DNA of 64,000 nucleotides, from positions 1 to 64,000 of IMG/VR virus record IMGVR_UViG_3300012347_000477. One strand, written 5' to 3'. This DNA is from an uncultured virus (IMG/VR IMGVR_UViG_3300012347_000477). Taxonomy: Duplodnaviria; Heunggongvirae; Uroviricota; Caudoviricetes. Positions 14,297-24,882 of this stretch are shown here, piece by piece. A program made the position numbers and the translations under genes. The notes beneath the pieces were generated by a model that was not told the DNA's origin, did not search any database, and saw nothing but the letters and a program-made list of their open reading frames with translations. Position 1 is the first letter of the stretch. Each line of letters begins with the position of its first letter.

Positions 14297-14863
14297 ATGA
14301 ACTTACATCAAGACGCATTTTCTAGCGGGCAAGTACTAAGTAAAATTTGGCTAGCTGAAGAATTAGAAAATGTTATAAAAAATTACAAATATAATTATCC
14401 CCTCAAAATAGTATGTTTTGGTGGCTGGTACGGTATTTTACATTTTATTCTTAAAACTCGCAATAATATTGATATATCATTATATCGAAGCATTGACATA
14501 GATAAAGAATTAGAAGTATTAGCAGATGCAGTTAATAACTTATGGGTATGGCAAGAGTGGCAATTTAAAGCGATTGTTGCCGATGCAAACACATTCGAGT
14601 ACACTGTGAATGACTTTAATACTGTTATAAATACCAGTGTTGAACATATTGTTTCAAAAAAATGGTTTGATAATATACCCGACGGAACGTTAGTAGTGTT
14701 GCAAAGTAATAATATGGCACACTCTGATCATTGTCATAATCATACTTCAGCTGATCACTTGTCTAGCGAGTTTGCACTTACTACTATTCTTTTTTCTGGT
14801 GAGAAGTTATTTTCGTATCCGACATGGAATTTTACCAGATATATGATAATAGGAATTAAATAA
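14297..14863 (+). CDS. SAM-dependent methyltransferase-like protein
   Basis: SKIWL, GGWYG, SIDID, VINTSVEH, LQSNN, RYMIIG. Confidence 0.65.
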   Translation: MNLHQDAFSSGQVLSKIWLAEELENVIKNYKYNYPLKIVCFGGWYGILHFILKTRNNIDISLYRSIDIDKELEVLADAVNNLWVWQEWQFKAIVADANTFEYTVNDFNTVINTSVEHIVSKKWFDNIPDGTLVVLQSNNMAHSDHCHNHTSADHLSSEFALTTILFSGEKLFSYPTWNFTRYMIIGIK

Positions 14864-15159
14864 TGTCTAATAACTCTATAACATCAATAACGCAGATATC
14901 TTCTAACCCGTATATTTTGTCGACTAAGTTTGGAACTATCGCAACATCGACATTTAACAATAATGACAGTTACACTATCAACTATAATACTTTTAAAGAC
15001 ATAGAAGACCGATTAGCTGCATTAGAAACGGCTAAAGCACTTCGAGATCTTGAAGATCGATGGAGTGAATTAAAGGATTTAGGAACCCAATATCGAATCC
15101 TAGCTGCTGAATTAACGAAAAAAGAGGAAATGTGGAAACTATTACAAACCAACAAATAA
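14863..15159 (+). CDS. hypothetical protein
   Basis: Coiled-coil C-terminus; translationally coupled. Confidence 0.6.
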   Translation: MSNNSITSITQISSNPYILSTKFGTIATSTFNNNDSYTINYNTFKDIEDRLAALETAKALRDLEDRWSELKDLGTQYRILAAELTKKEEMWKLLQTNK

Positions 15160-15647
15160 CAGCAATATTTGCTGTAGACGAGACAGGAGGAATGGGATTA
15201 GATGGAAAATTACCATGGCCCCGTAATGTCGACGACATGAAATGGTTTAAACATTTAACTACTAATCAAATCGTAGTAATGGGTAAATCTACATGGGATA
15301 GTGTTGATATGCCAACTCCGTTACCAAACAGAAAAAATGTAGTTATTACTAATAGTCCATTGAATATTAGCGGAGTAGATGAAATTTCGGGTAATGTTAG
15401 TGACGCATTACATAAATTAAAAGCGCAAAACGCTGTACAACGCATTTTTGTTATAGGGGGTGCTAATGTATTGCTACAAGCAAAATCTGCGCTACAATGC
15501 GTTTATATTACTAAAATACCAGGTGATTACAAGTGCAATACAACACTTAATTTAGCAGAATTTTTAACAGGATTCGAATTGTCAGCAGTATACGATTTTA
15601 AAACATGTAAGGTAGAGAAATATGAAACAATACAAACAAGCACTTGA
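15132..15647 (+). CDS. folA: dihydrofolate reductase
   Basis: LPWP..DMKWFK..VVMGK.TW..PLPNRKNVV..FVIGG. Confidence 0.95.
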   Translation: METITNQQITAIFAVDETGGMGLDGKLPWPRNVDDMKWFKHLTTNQIVVMGKSTWDSVDMPTPLPNRKNVVITNSPLNISGVDEISGNVSDALHKLKAQNAVQRIFVIGGANVLLQAKSALQCVYITKIPGDYKCNTTLNLAEFLTGFELSAVYDFKTCKVEKYETIQTST

Positions 15648-16449
15648 ATTTATTTTAGAGCACGGTAAAAATAAAACTGACAGGACCGGAGTTGGAACAA
15701 ACAGCGTATTTGGATATCAAATGAGGTTTGATTTGCAAGCTGGCTTTCCAGCAACAACTACAAAGCGATTAGCATGGAAATCTGTAGTATCAGAATTATT
15801 ATGGTTTCTTGAAGGTAGCGGTGATGAGAGACGACTTGCTGAAATTCTGCACGGTACTCGAGATTCTACGAAAGAAACAATATGGACTGCAAATGCAAAT
15901 GCAGATTATTGGAAACCGTTTGCAAAGTTCGAAGGTGACTTAGGTAATGTATACGGAAAGCAATGGCGTAATTTTGGGGGAGTTGATCAAATTTCTGAAT
16001 TACTGCACAGCCTTAAAACTAACCCAGATAGCCGCCGTCACATTTTGTCTGCGTGGAATCCTCCAGAATTATCACAAATGGCATTACCGCCTTGTCATGT
16101 AATGAGCCAATTTGATGTTACTGATGGAAAATTAAGCTGTCAGCTAACGCAACGAAGTTGTGATATGTTCTTAGGAGTACCGTTTAATATTGCTAGTTAT
16201 AGTTTACTAACTCATATTCTTGCTAAAGAGTGCAATTTAGAAGTAGGTGAGTTTATTTGGTCTGGCGGAGATTGCCATATTTATAACAATCATTTTGATC
16301 AAGTTCGCGAACAGTTAACTAGGACAGAAAAAGAGTTACCTACGTTAGTTATTTCTCAAGATAAATCATTAGGTAACTACGAATTATCAGACTTTCAATT
16401 GGCTAATTATAATCCTGATGCAGCAATTAAAGCACCAATGGCAGTATAA
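15622..16449 (+). CDS. thyA: thymidylate synthase
   Basis: DRTGVGT, SELLWFL, ALPPCH, QRSCDMFLGVPFNIASY. Confidence 0.97.
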   Translation: MKQYKQALEFILEHGKNKTDRTGVGTNSVFGYQMRFDLQAGFPATTTKRLAWKSVVSELLWFLEGSGDERRLAEILHGTRDSTKETIWTANANADYWKPFAKFEGDLGNVYGKQWRNFGGVDQISELLHSLKTNPDSRRHILSAWNPPELSQMALPPCHVMSQFDVTDGKLSCQLTQRSCDMFLGVPFNIASYSLLTHILAKECNLEVGEFIWSGGDCHIYNNHFDQVREQLTRTEKELPTLVISQDKSLGNYELSDFQLANYNPDAAIKAPMAV

Positions 16450-16489
16450 ATACCTACACATCTGTACACTAATATTTAAAAGGCATAGC

Positions 16490-16867
16490 ATGGACGACTG
16501 TACAAAACAATTTTTTGATCAGCATAATATATTAGTTCTTGATACTAATACTCGAACAGTTCGATATACACAAGGTTTTATGTTTGACGACATGTCTAAA
16601 ATTTCCGATTTAAAGTGTGTTAATATTCCTACTGAAAGACTGTATACTGTTCAGATACCCGAACACAATTTAAATTCTTTAATAGAATTAGAGAGAATAG
16701 TACTTAATGGTAGATCTATTGGTCAACACTATAATATAATGTTAAATGTATTGCATGACGAATTTGCCGAACGTAATTTACGTAAAACAAATGAAGCACT
16801 CGCAACAGCGTATAATAACTATAATACACTGTTGCACTTAGCAGGTTTTGAAAAACGTGCTAGATAA
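16490..16867 (+). CDS. hypothetical protein
   Basis: ORF with AAAGG RBS. Confidence 0.6.
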   Translation: MDDCTKQFFDQHNILVLDTNTRTVRYTQGFMFDDMSKISDLKCVNIPTERLYTVQIPEHNLNSLIELERIVLNGRSIGQHYNIMLNVLHDEFAERNLRKTNEALATAYNNYNTLLHLAGFEKRAR

Positions 16868-16911
16868 CTTATAAATTTTGACATTTGCTTTAACATAACT
16901 AAAGGATATAT

Positions 16912-17748
16912 ATGAAATCATATTGGTCTACTTCTGCATTTGCAGACAAAGTAAGAGGAACAAAGAAGCTTGCATCGGGTACTGCAGCCGAATGGAGACA
17001 ATGGGAACAATCGGCAAAAACAGCACACCCAATTCGATACTGGATTGCCGAAGAGTTTCTAGATTATATAAATGATGTGTGGACGTATATTCCTTCAAAG
17101 GTAAATGATATTAGCTACTATATCAATAATCGATGGGTTTCTCGAACAAATAGTTTGACTGCTAGCAAACAAGATATTAAACCCGGTGAATGGCGAGACG
17201 TAGGCGATAGAATATTATATTGCTTGTTTAATGAGCTGCAAGATTTTGTCGAAATCGAAGTAGCATGGAATCATATTGCATTTTCAGATCCCGATACAGC
17301 TAAGGTATATAATATTCCAAAAAATAAAACATCGAGATTTTCTAAGAGATCATTTCGATGTCCGCAAGCCGGAATAGATAGTTTAAAATGGCAATCTACA
17401 ATAATTCAATCTGCAGAAGAAGGGTACTCTGGTAACGAAATAGGAAAATTATCGAGACAAGCAATTAACGCAGTAGAAATTCTTGAATTGTATAGTTGGT
17501 GGACAACTACTTATCGGAGTAGGCCTACTCCGGAAGATGCGAGTGGGTGGAGTACTGTTCACCGATTAGTTGATGATAATTTTGAGTCAGTTATGGATTC
17601 TCTAGAGAATCTAGATAAATACCCAGATCTCAGAAAGAAATCTGATGACTGTTTAGCTAGTATGAGAACTATCGAAGCAAAGTATATGCAGGAGGAGACT
17701 GATATGTTAATCCGATTAATAAAAATACGAGACTCGCTGTGGACGTAA
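16912..17748 (+). CDS. hypothetical Trp-rich protein
   Basis: 278-aa ORF with RBS. Confidence 0.75.
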   Translation: MKSYWSTSAFADKVRGTKKLASGTAAEWRQWEQSAKTAHPIRYWIAEEFLDYINDVWTYIPSKVNDISYYINNRWVSRTNSLTASKQDIKPGEWRDVGDRILYCLFNELQDFVEIEVAWNHIAFSDPDTAKVYNIPKNKTSRFSKRSFRCPQAGIDSLKWQSTIIQSAEEGYSGNEIGKLSRQAINAVEILELYSWWTTTYRSRPTPEDASGWSTVHRLVDDNFESVMDSLENLDKYPDLRKKSDDCLASMRTIEAKYMQEETDMLIRLIKIRDSLWT

Positions 17749-18212
17749 TGTCTTTCAGCAAATGTAGAAGAGATAGACAAGTCGAGTTGGCTAATGAGTT
17801 AGCCAACGCATTACGTGAGCACGGGTTACCAACAGACGACATTTACAAAGGACAGACAATGGATTCTAATAACTTAGAGTTTGTGTTAAGAACAACATTA
17901 TGGATTTTAGATAAAGTTCGAACTAGCGATATGTATGCTCAACATTTGTATGCAGCATTGTGCAATAATTCTTTTCAAAAATTAGATGTTGTGTCGATTC
18001 TTAAAAATGAGTCATGGAGATGTTCTTGGCGACAAGCAGGCGGAATTATTGCAGATATGAAAACAGAGGGAGACTATATAGATTGGTACTGTTCCGGAAT
18101 TAACAGTGATCTATTCACTTATAGTACATTATCTGAAGGTACAGTTAGTGACGAAGTTAGGCAAGATTTAAGGGATTTAGGCTGGGTCGTCATCTTAGAT
18201 AAACCTGCATGA
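17748..18212 (+). CDS. hypothetical protein
   Basis: YAQHLYAALCNN..CSWR..GDYIDWYCSG motifs; start codon uncertain. Confidence 0.7.
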   Translation: MSFSKCRRDRQVELANELANALREHGLPTDDIYKGQTMDSNNLEFVLRTTLWILDKVRTSDMYAQHLYAALCNNSFQKLDVVSILKNESWRCSWRQAGGIIADMKTEGDYIDWYCSGINSDLFTYSTLSEGTVSDEVRQDLRDLGWVVILDKPA

Positions 18213-18826
18213 TTATAGTTATCGGTAATGGGGAAAGTCGAGCTAGCATTGATATTAATAACTTCGCAAAGAACAAAATTACAGTCGGATGTAATGCAAT
18301 TTACAGAGACTTGCAAGTTGGTCATTTAATTTGCTGCGATCAGCCTATAATGCGAGAAGCATTGGATGCTATTCCTTCCACTACACTAATGTATGTAAGA
18401 TCTCAATGGTTTTACACTTTTAAAAAATTACTGAAATATAAAAATATTAGACAATTGCCCGATATTCCTAATCCGAGCAATAGCAGACACGATCACTCTG
18501 ATCATTGGGGTAGCGGAGCATATGCTTTGCTAGTAGCGTCTTCTCTATCCGATTCTCACATTTTATTAATAGGGTTTGATCTCTATAGTAAAGGAGAACT
18601 GGTAAACAACATTTATAAAGATACTGAAAACTATTCGAGTAGCAATACTAGAGCAGTTGATCCTAGCTATTGGATTTATCACATAAGTAAAGTATTCAAA
18701 AGTTTTCCATTGAAGCAATTTATCGTAGTAAACACTGATTACTGGATAATGCCCGAATTATGGAAATTACCCAATGTTACATTCTTATCATTAAATAAAA
18801 TTCAAGAGTATTTACAAACAATGTAA
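18209..18826 (+). CDS. nucleotide-binding hypothetical protein (sialyltransferase/DUF115-like pattern)
   Basis: IVIGNGESR, GCNAIYRD, WGSG, LIGFDL. Confidence 0.55.
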   Translation: MIIVIGNGESRASIDINNFAKNKITVGCNAIYRDLQVGHLICCDQPIMREALDAIPSTTLMYVRSQWFYTFKKLLKYKNIRQLPDIPNPSNSRHDHSDHWGSGAYALLVASSLSDSHILLIGFDLYSKGELVNNIYKDTENYSSSNTRAVDPSYWIYHISKVFKSFPLKQFIVVNTDYWIMPELWKLPNVTFLSLNKIQEYLQTM

Positions 18827-18894
18827 ATATACTGTATAATACACTTACGAGGCATACTTTGCCTCTATCTCATTAACACTCCCAAGGAAAATAA

Positions 18895-20682
18895 ATGACA
18901 AATGGATTCAAGATTCTTTCTGATGCATCGCATATCAGAAAACGATTTTCGATGTACGGCGGTAGTCAGGTAGTTCAAGAAGAAACTATTTTTGCAGATG
19001 CAAACTTTACTAAAGTACAACTAGTTGGCGGATTACTTAAAGTTATCAATGAAATTATTGATAATTCTGTAGATGAACATGTTCGCACTAATTGCAAACT
19101 TGCAGATAAAATTGATGTATCGATTGATCCAGATGGCACAATTACAGTAACAGATAACGGACGAGGAATTCCTGCTGTTCAAATAGAAACCCCCGACGGT
19201 AAAGAATACCAGATGGTTGCTGCATTTACCAGAGCACGAGCTGGTTCAAATTTTGACGACACAAATCGTCAATCAATTGGTATGAACGGTGTTGGCTCCA
19301 TGATCACATTTGTTACTTCTAATCACTTTGAAGCAGTTAGCTCTGATGGTACTAACGAAGTGACATTAATAGGTAAGGATGGAGAAATTCAAAGTGTTAC
19401 TGTTAAACCAAATACTCGCAAAGGTACTACAGTTAAATTTAAACCTGACTACAGCTTCTTTGGGTTGACAAATATCGATTCGTCCCATATTAAGATGATC
19501 GAGGAGCGTGTTAAATCTTTATCGTTAGCATTTAGTACAATTCGATTTAAATTTAATAGAAAATATGTTAATTTAAAATTTACAGAATATTTTGGTATGT
19601 GCGATATGTTTCAAACAGAAAAAGCAATGTTTGGAATTACAAAGTCAGATGGCAGTTTTCAAACTCACTCATTAGTAAACGGGTTATCTGTAAAATCCGG
19701 CACACATATTGATTTTTTTGTAAACGCAGTAATTGCCGATTTACGAGAAGTGTTAAATCGTCGTAAAAAATTAGATATTACTCCTGCTCGATTAAAACAA
19801 CATTTGCGAGTACACTGTATTATTAACGGTTTTCCAGCATTAAAATTTGATAGCCAGACCAAAGAACGTGTAACTAATAGTGCTGCCGAGTGTCGTGACG
19901 CAATTGGTGAGTTTGATACTTCTAAAATTGTTAAAAAGTTAATGGCTAATCAAGAGTTAATTGACGAGATTACAGCATATACTCGACTCCAAGAAGAGCT
20001 TGCTGCAAGTAAAGATCTTAATAAATTAGAAAAGACTAAGAAAATTAAAAGCGACAAATACTTTGCGGCTATTGGTAAAACTCAACGCATATTTGTAGTA
20101 GAAGGTGATTCTGCTTCTGGCGGTTTAATTAAATGCCTAGGACGAAAAGGCAATGCATTTTACGCTCTTAAAGGTGTGCCGTTAAATGTATTAGATGTGT
20201 CGCATCAAAAGTTTATGGCCAACAAAGAATTAAGCGAGTTATATACGATTATCACCACATATCCAGATGCTGAAATTTGTATTGCTACAGATGCAGATGC
20301 AGACGGATCGAGAATTCGCGGACTGACTGCACTGTTTATGTTTAAATACTTTACAGACCATTTAAATAATGGTAAATTAAAAATATTAAAAACTCCAATT
20401 GCTATCGGCAAGAAAAATAATGTAGTAAAAGAATGGGCATACACTTTTGCCGACGTTAATAAAATTGACAGCAAACTTGATGTAAGTTATGTTAAAGGTT
20501 TAGGGTCGTGGAGTGAAAAAGATTTACGAGATATTATTATTGCAGACGGTATGAATAACATGCTACCTACCGTTGCTATTGCTGATACTGCACTATTCGG
20601 ACAATGGTTCGGTGGTGACAACATTGACTATCGCAAAGAACAAATTCTTCTATCTGCTCCCTTCGACATAATGAAAGTATAA
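18895..20682 (+). CDS. DNA topoisomerase II large subunit (GHKL ATPase + TOPRIM)
   Basis: EIIDNSVDE, DNGRGIP, GMNGVG, EGDSA, DADADG. Confidence 0.95.
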   Translation: MTNGFKILSDASHIRKRFSMYGGSQVVQEETIFADANFTKVQLVGGLLKVINEIIDNSVDEHVRTNCKLADKIDVSIDPDGTITVTDNGRGIPAVQIETPDGKEYQMVAAFTRARAGSNFDDTNRQSIGMNGVGSMITFVTSNHFEAVSSDGTNEVTLIGKDGEIQSVTVKPNTRKGTTVKFKPDYSFFGLTNIDSSHIKMIEERVKSLSLAFSTIRFKFNRKYVNLKFTEYFGMCDMFQTEKAMFGITKSDGSFQTHSLVNGLSVKSGTHIDFFVNAVIADLREVLNRRKKLDITPARLKQHLRVHCIINGFPALKFDSQTKERVTNSAAECRDAIGEFDTSKIVKKLMANQELIDEITAYTRLQEELAASKDLNKLEKTKKIKSDKYFAAIGKTQRIFVVEGDSASGGLIKCLGRKGNAFYALKGVPLNVLDVSHQKFMANKELSELYTIITTYPDAEICIATDADADGSRIRGLTALFMFKYFTDHLNNGKLKILKTPIAIGKKNNVVKEWAYTFADVNKIDSKLDVSYVKGLGSWSEKDLRDIIIADGMNNMLPTVAIADTALFGQWFGGDNIDYRKEQILLSAPFDIMKV

Positions 20683-20684
20683 AA

Positions 20685-22061
20685 ATGACAAAGATTATAA
20701 CCCCAGTAACTACTCCATTAGCAGCACCTGCTGCTCCAATTACAATGCATCTTGAAGATTTCTTCAAGAATGAATATATCGACTTTTCAGTTTATGACAA
20801 TGTTCGTAAGCTAGGGAATTTTGTCGATGGTCAAAAAAATGCAATGCGTAAAATCTTACATACTGTATTGCAACAGAATATTGACAAGTTTGTTAAAGTA
20901 TCTAATCTTGGTCCAAAAGTTCAAGATTATGCTCAATACTTGCACGGTTCTTTAGAAGGCACCGTAGTAAATATGACAGCAAATTATGTAGGGTCTGGTA
21001 ATAATTTACCATTACTCGAAGGAGATGGTAACTTCGGATCAACATTTATTCCAGAAGCTGCAGCAACTCGATACATTTTTGCCCGAATGAATCCTATTTT
21101 AAAACAATTGTTTATCAAGGATGACTATGTTAGCCTTATTAGTCAAAACTTCGAAGGCGTAAAAATTGAACCAAGGTACTACGTACCTACTCTTCCTATT
21201 ATTGCAATTAACGGCAGTGAAGGAGTTTCTATCGGATTTGCACAAAAAATTCTTCCAAGAAACCCTGCTGAAATATTAAAATGGGTTAAACAACGCACCG
21301 AAGGTAAAAAATTAACAGCCAATTTAACTCCGTATTGGGAAGGTATGAAATGCACAGTTACTCAAGGTGATAGCCCATTACAATGGATTATAACTGGTAG
21401 TTTTGTTAGAACAACTAAACATAGAATTCGAGTAATTGCATTACCTATTGGTTATACATTAAGTCAATATCTTGCTGTACTTGATAAACTAGTAGATGAC
21501 AAAGTTATCAAAGATTATTCCGATTTATCAGATAATGATATTTTTGAGTTCGAACTGCATGTCGACAGTGCATTTAGTGCAAGACCGGACGAGTGGATAC
21601 TTGATAAGCTCAAGCTAGTTAAGAAAATTACAGAAAACTTTACATGTATTGATGAAGACAATAAAATTGTAGTATTTGAATCCCTTAAGCATTTACTTGA
21701 TTCGTGGTACAATGTGCGTATCCGATTTAACACCTTGCGTAGATCGCACATTTTAAAAACAATGCAAGACGATATGGATTACACCGAAGCACGGTCAGCA
21801 TTTATTAAAGGTGTAGTTGATAGCAAAATTGAAATTAAAAACACTACAGAAGCTGAAGTTGTTAAACAAGCAGAAGCATATAATTCTATTTTAACAGGTC
21901 GAGTTGAGAAGTTTTTAAGTTTGCCTATGCGATCGTTGACTAAAGAAGAAATTGCTAAATTAGATAAACGAGTTGCCGATCTTAAATTAGAAATTGTGGA
22001 ATATACGAAATTAACGGCTGAGGGAATTTTATCAATTGACCTTAATGCAATTACTGTTTAA
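20685..22061 (+). CDS. DNA topoisomerase II medium subunit (gp52/GyrA-like)
   Basis: DGQK..RKIL, YLHG, GNFGS..AAATRY catalytic Tyr, EP.YY.P.LP. Confidence 0.95.
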   Translation: MTKIITPVTTPLAAPAAPITMHLEDFFKNEYIDFSVYDNVRKLGNFVDGQKNAMRKILHTVLQQNIDKFVKVSNLGPKVQDYAQYLHGSLEGTVVNMTANYVGSGNNLPLLEGDGNFGSTFIPEAAATRYIFARMNPILKQLFIKDDYVSLISQNFEGVKIEPRYYVPTLPIIAINGSEGVSIGFAQKILPRNPAEILKWVKQRTEGKKLTANLTPYWEGMKCTVTQGDSPLQWIITGSFVRTTKHRIRVIALPIGYTLSQYLAVLDKLVDDKVIKDYSDLSDNDIFEFELHVDSAFSARPDEWILDKLKLVKKITENFTCIDEDNKIVVFESLKHLLDSWYNVRIRFNTLRRSHILKTMQDDMDYTEARSAFIKGVVDSKIEIKNTTEAEVVKQAEAYNSILTGRVEKFLSLPMRSLTKEEIAKLDKRVADLKLEIVEYTKLTAEGILSIDLNAITV

Positions 22062-22063
22062 TA

Positions 22064-22092
22064 TTGACACTGTGTAAAAAGTTATATATAAT
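22064..22092 (+). promoter_or_regulatory. sigma70-type promoter
   Basis: TTGACA-17bp-TATAAT. Confidence 0.8.
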
Positions 22093-22113
22093 AAAGAAAC
22101 ATAAGAGGTTATC

Positions 22114-22620
22114 ATGAACAATTATCCAGCAGTAACATACAAATACACAAGTACAAAAGAATATATTGATGCATTTCCGTGTGCATACAGGCAATGGCGT
22201 GCAGACTCGCATTGCAATTTGATTCACGGTTATAGTTTTAGTATGAAGTTTTATTTTGGCACAAACGATTTAGATGCACGAAATTGGGCTGCAGATTATG
22301 GCGGTCTTAAAGAGCTTAAAAAGATTTTAGAAAGTCAGTTCGATCACACATTGTTAGTTGCAGAGAATGACCCAGAGTTGGAATTTTATAAAGAAATGGA
22401 GCGACGCAATTTAGCAAAGTTAACAATTTTACCATTATTAGGTTGTGAAGGTTTAGCTGACATGCTTTATAGATACGTTAATGGTGTTTATATACCAGAA
22501 ATGTGGGGTGAGGGCGAAGCTAATCGATTATGGTGCTATCGTGTTGAAGTTCGCGAAACTCAAAGTAATATGGCATTTAGAGAAGGCCACAGAGAGTGGA
22601 ATGAAGATTTACTAGCATAA
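22114..22620 (+). CDS. queD: 6-carboxytetrahydropterin synthase (QueD/PTPS family)
   Basis: HCNLIHGYS, DYGGLKELK..FDHTLL, GCE, VRET. Confidence 0.85.
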   Translation: MNNYPAVTYKYTSTKEYIDAFPCAYRQWRADSHCNLIHGYSFSMKFYFGTNDLDARNWAADYGGLKELKKILESQFDHTLLVAENDPELEFYKEMERRNLAKLTILPLLGCEGLADMLYRYVNGVYIPEMWGEGEANRLWCYRVEVRETQSNMAFREGHREWNEDLLA

Positions 22621-22704
22621 ATTAACATTGGTAAATAAGATACGCACTTACTGCAATAGTTAATGCAATTCGAAGCTGCCTTGCGCAGCTTCTCTGATAT
22701 TTAA

Positions 22705-23538
22705 ATGAAGGTTTATATGGGCGACCCGTCTATAAGTAAAGAAGAAAAACGAAGATTAAAAGCATTAAAACGACAACAATCTGGAGTTGAACCGGTAATT
22801 TCTCTCGATCCTGTATTGCCAATTTCTGATGCAATAACTCCAAATAAAGTAACAGTTATATGTGTTCGATTTGGAAACAAATATGGTAGGGAATATGTAG
22901 AACGACTTAGGAGCATGGTGCAGAAACACTTAACAATCGAGCACGAGTTTGTCTGTTTAACTGATGATCAACACCCTATATCCGGAGTTAGGAGTATCGT
23001 ACAAGCTAATGCAAATTACACAAAGCCATGGTGGCATAAAGTACATATGTTTGACGAAAATTTAGATATATCCGGTAGAATAATATACTTTGATTTAGAC
23101 ATTGTTATTCATCGAAATATTAATAAACTAATAACAAACATAGGAAACACATTTATTGGAATTCGAGATTTTAATAGAAAATTTCATCCTACATGGAAAT
23201 ATCTTAACAGTTCGGTGATGTCTTGGGAACACGGTACTCAAAATTTTATATATACAGATTTTATGAAAGACCGCATGTCGGCAATGAAGCTTCAAGGCGA
23301 TCAAGACTGGATTTGGAAAGTTGCAAATAGTAAAATTGTATTTTGGCCAGACTCTTGGATTCAAAGTTATAAATGGGAAATCCGTAGTCGAGATGAATTA
23401 ATAATGCGGACTGGAGTTCGAGGGTTTAAGACTGTGTCGTTAGCTGAACCATCTGCTGACTGCTGTATTGCAGTGTTTCATGGCGACCCTAAACCGCAAG
23501 ATGTCATGGACAAATTTGTTATTGACAACTGGCGGTAA
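22705..23538 (+). CDS. glycosyltransferase (GT-A/GT8-like)
   Basis: CLTD, WWHK, YFDLDIV, NSSVM, GDQDWI, VFHG.PKP. Confidence 0.8.
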   Translation: MKVYMGDPSISKEEKRRLKALKRQQSGVEPVISLDPVLPISDAITPNKVTVICVRFGNKYGREYVERLRSMVQKHLTIEHEFVCLTDDQHPISGVRSIVQANANYTKPWWHKVHMFDENLDISGRIIYFDLDIVIHRNINKLITNIGNTFIGIRDFNRKFHPTWKYLNSSVMSWEHGTQNFIYTDFMKDRMSAMKLQGDQDWIWKVANSKIVFWPDSWIQSYKWEIRSRDELIMRTGVRGFKTVSLAEPSADCCIAVFHGDPKPQDVMDKFVIDNWR

Positions 23539-23550
23539 CAGTAGTATAAT
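23522..23550 (+). promoter_or_regulatory. sigma70-type promoter
   Basis: TTGACA-17bp-TATAAT. Confidence 0.75.
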
Positions 23551-23573
23551 TAACACTTAACTTAAGGAATTTT

Positions 23574-23780
23574 ATGACATCTTCTACTACTAATAATGAT
23601 ACTAACAAATGGCTTGTTACAACTGAACAAGACCCAAAAACAGGCGAGTTATTTTTGACATTTCCGCCTGAACTACTAAATCAAGCAGGTTGGGATTTCG
23701 GTGATACTATTGTTTGGGAAGATCAACATAACGGTTCCTTTGTTCTAAAAAAGAAAAGTACTCCTGGTACTAACACGTAA
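23574..23780 (+). CDS. AbrB/MazE-like small DNA-binding protein
   Basis: LTFPPELLNQAGW..GD.I.W. Confidence 0.6.
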   Translation: MTSSTTNNDTNKWLVTTEQDPKTGELFLTFPPELLNQAGWDFGDTIVWEDQHNGSFVLKKKSTPGTNT

Positions 23781-23815
23781 TTAATTGTAATCACATACAC
23801 ACAGAAAGTAATAAA

Positions 23816-24823
23816 ATGGCTATTAAAAAAATCGGATTCGCATGTAAGTTATCACAATTAGATGCGAAGCAACAAGTTGTTTCAGTAGAAGATTGTAATT
23901 TTAAAAGTACAACAGTTGCATGGTTAAATAGACAACACAAAACTGTTGCTGTTGATAAGTTATGGGAACTTATGAAACACAACATATATGCTGCAAAAAG
24001 GTTAGTTAAACATGTTGGCAATCTTGAAGAAAATCTTAGAATGGTACGATTGGGCAGCGATTGCTTGCCTGTATACACTCACGCTGATTGGAGTTGGTTT
24101 TGGCAGTCTCCAGATGTCCGAGCCTATTGCGAAAAAGAATTTGCAACAGTGGGCAATTTGGCCCGCGAGAATAGTGTTCGCCTTAGCATGCATCCCGGCC
24201 AGTTTTGCTGTATTGTCTCTGATAGCGAGGATGTAGTTGCTCGTTCGATCGAAGAGTTAGAGTATCATACTGATATGATTCGATGGATGGGTTTTGGTAA
24301 ATCTAAACTTGATTTTAAACTTAATATCCATCTTAGCGGTAAACAAGGTATTGACGGATTCGATAGTGCCTGGAATCAAATGAGCCCAGAATTAAGAAAC
24401 TGTCTTACTTTAGAAAATGACGAGTATCAGAAAGGATTAGACGATTTGTTGCAGCTTAAAGACAAAGTTGGAGTTGTACTTGATATTCATCATCATTTAA
24501 TTAAAGAAGATGAATATATTCAGACAAATGACCCTAGAATCGAACAAGTACAAGAAAGTTGGCAAGGTGTTCGTCCTACCATTCATTACAGTCAATCAAG
24601 AGATGAATACATTGGTAAGTTTGCGAATTCTATTCCAACTATGCAAGAAATGCTAACAGAAGCTAAAAAAAGTAAACTTAGAGCACACAGCGAATTTTAT
24701 ACTAACAAAAAAATTAACGAATGGGCACTAACTCACTTAGAGTGGGCCGATATCATGGCAGAAAGCAAAGCTAAAAATTTAGCATCGGTTGAATTACTTA
24801 ATCAATGGAAATCAATTAAGTAA
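23816..24823 (+). CDS. uvsE: UV-damage endonuclease
   Basis: RLSMHPGQF, NIH, TLENDE, LDIHHH, HYSQ, RAHS, ESKAKN. Confidence 0.92.
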   Translation: MAIKKIGFACKLSQLDAKQQVVSVEDCNFKSTTVAWLNRQHKTVAVDKLWELMKHNIYAAKRLVKHVGNLEENLRMVRLGSDCLPVYTHADWSWFWQSPDVRAYCEKEFATVGNLARENSVRLSMHPGQFCCIVSDSEDVVARSIEELEYHTDMIRWMGFGKSKLDFKLNIHLSGKQGIDGFDSAWNQMSPELRNCLTLENDEYQKGLDDLLQLKDKVGVVLDIHHHLIKEDEYIQTNDPRIEQVQESWQGVRPTIHYSQSRDEYIGKFANSIPTMQEMLTEAKKSKLRAHSEFYTNKKINEWALTHLEWADIMAESKAKNLASVELLNQWKSIK

Positions 24824-24840
24824 CTGTATATAACAATCAA

Positions 24841-24867
24841 GAAAAAAGCCCCGTTGGGGCTTTTTTC
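24841..24867. terminator. bidirectional terminator
   Basis: GAAAAAAGCCCC-GTT-GGGGCTTTTTTC between convergent genes. Confidence 0.9.
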
Positions 24868-24882
24868 GTATTAACTACGTTA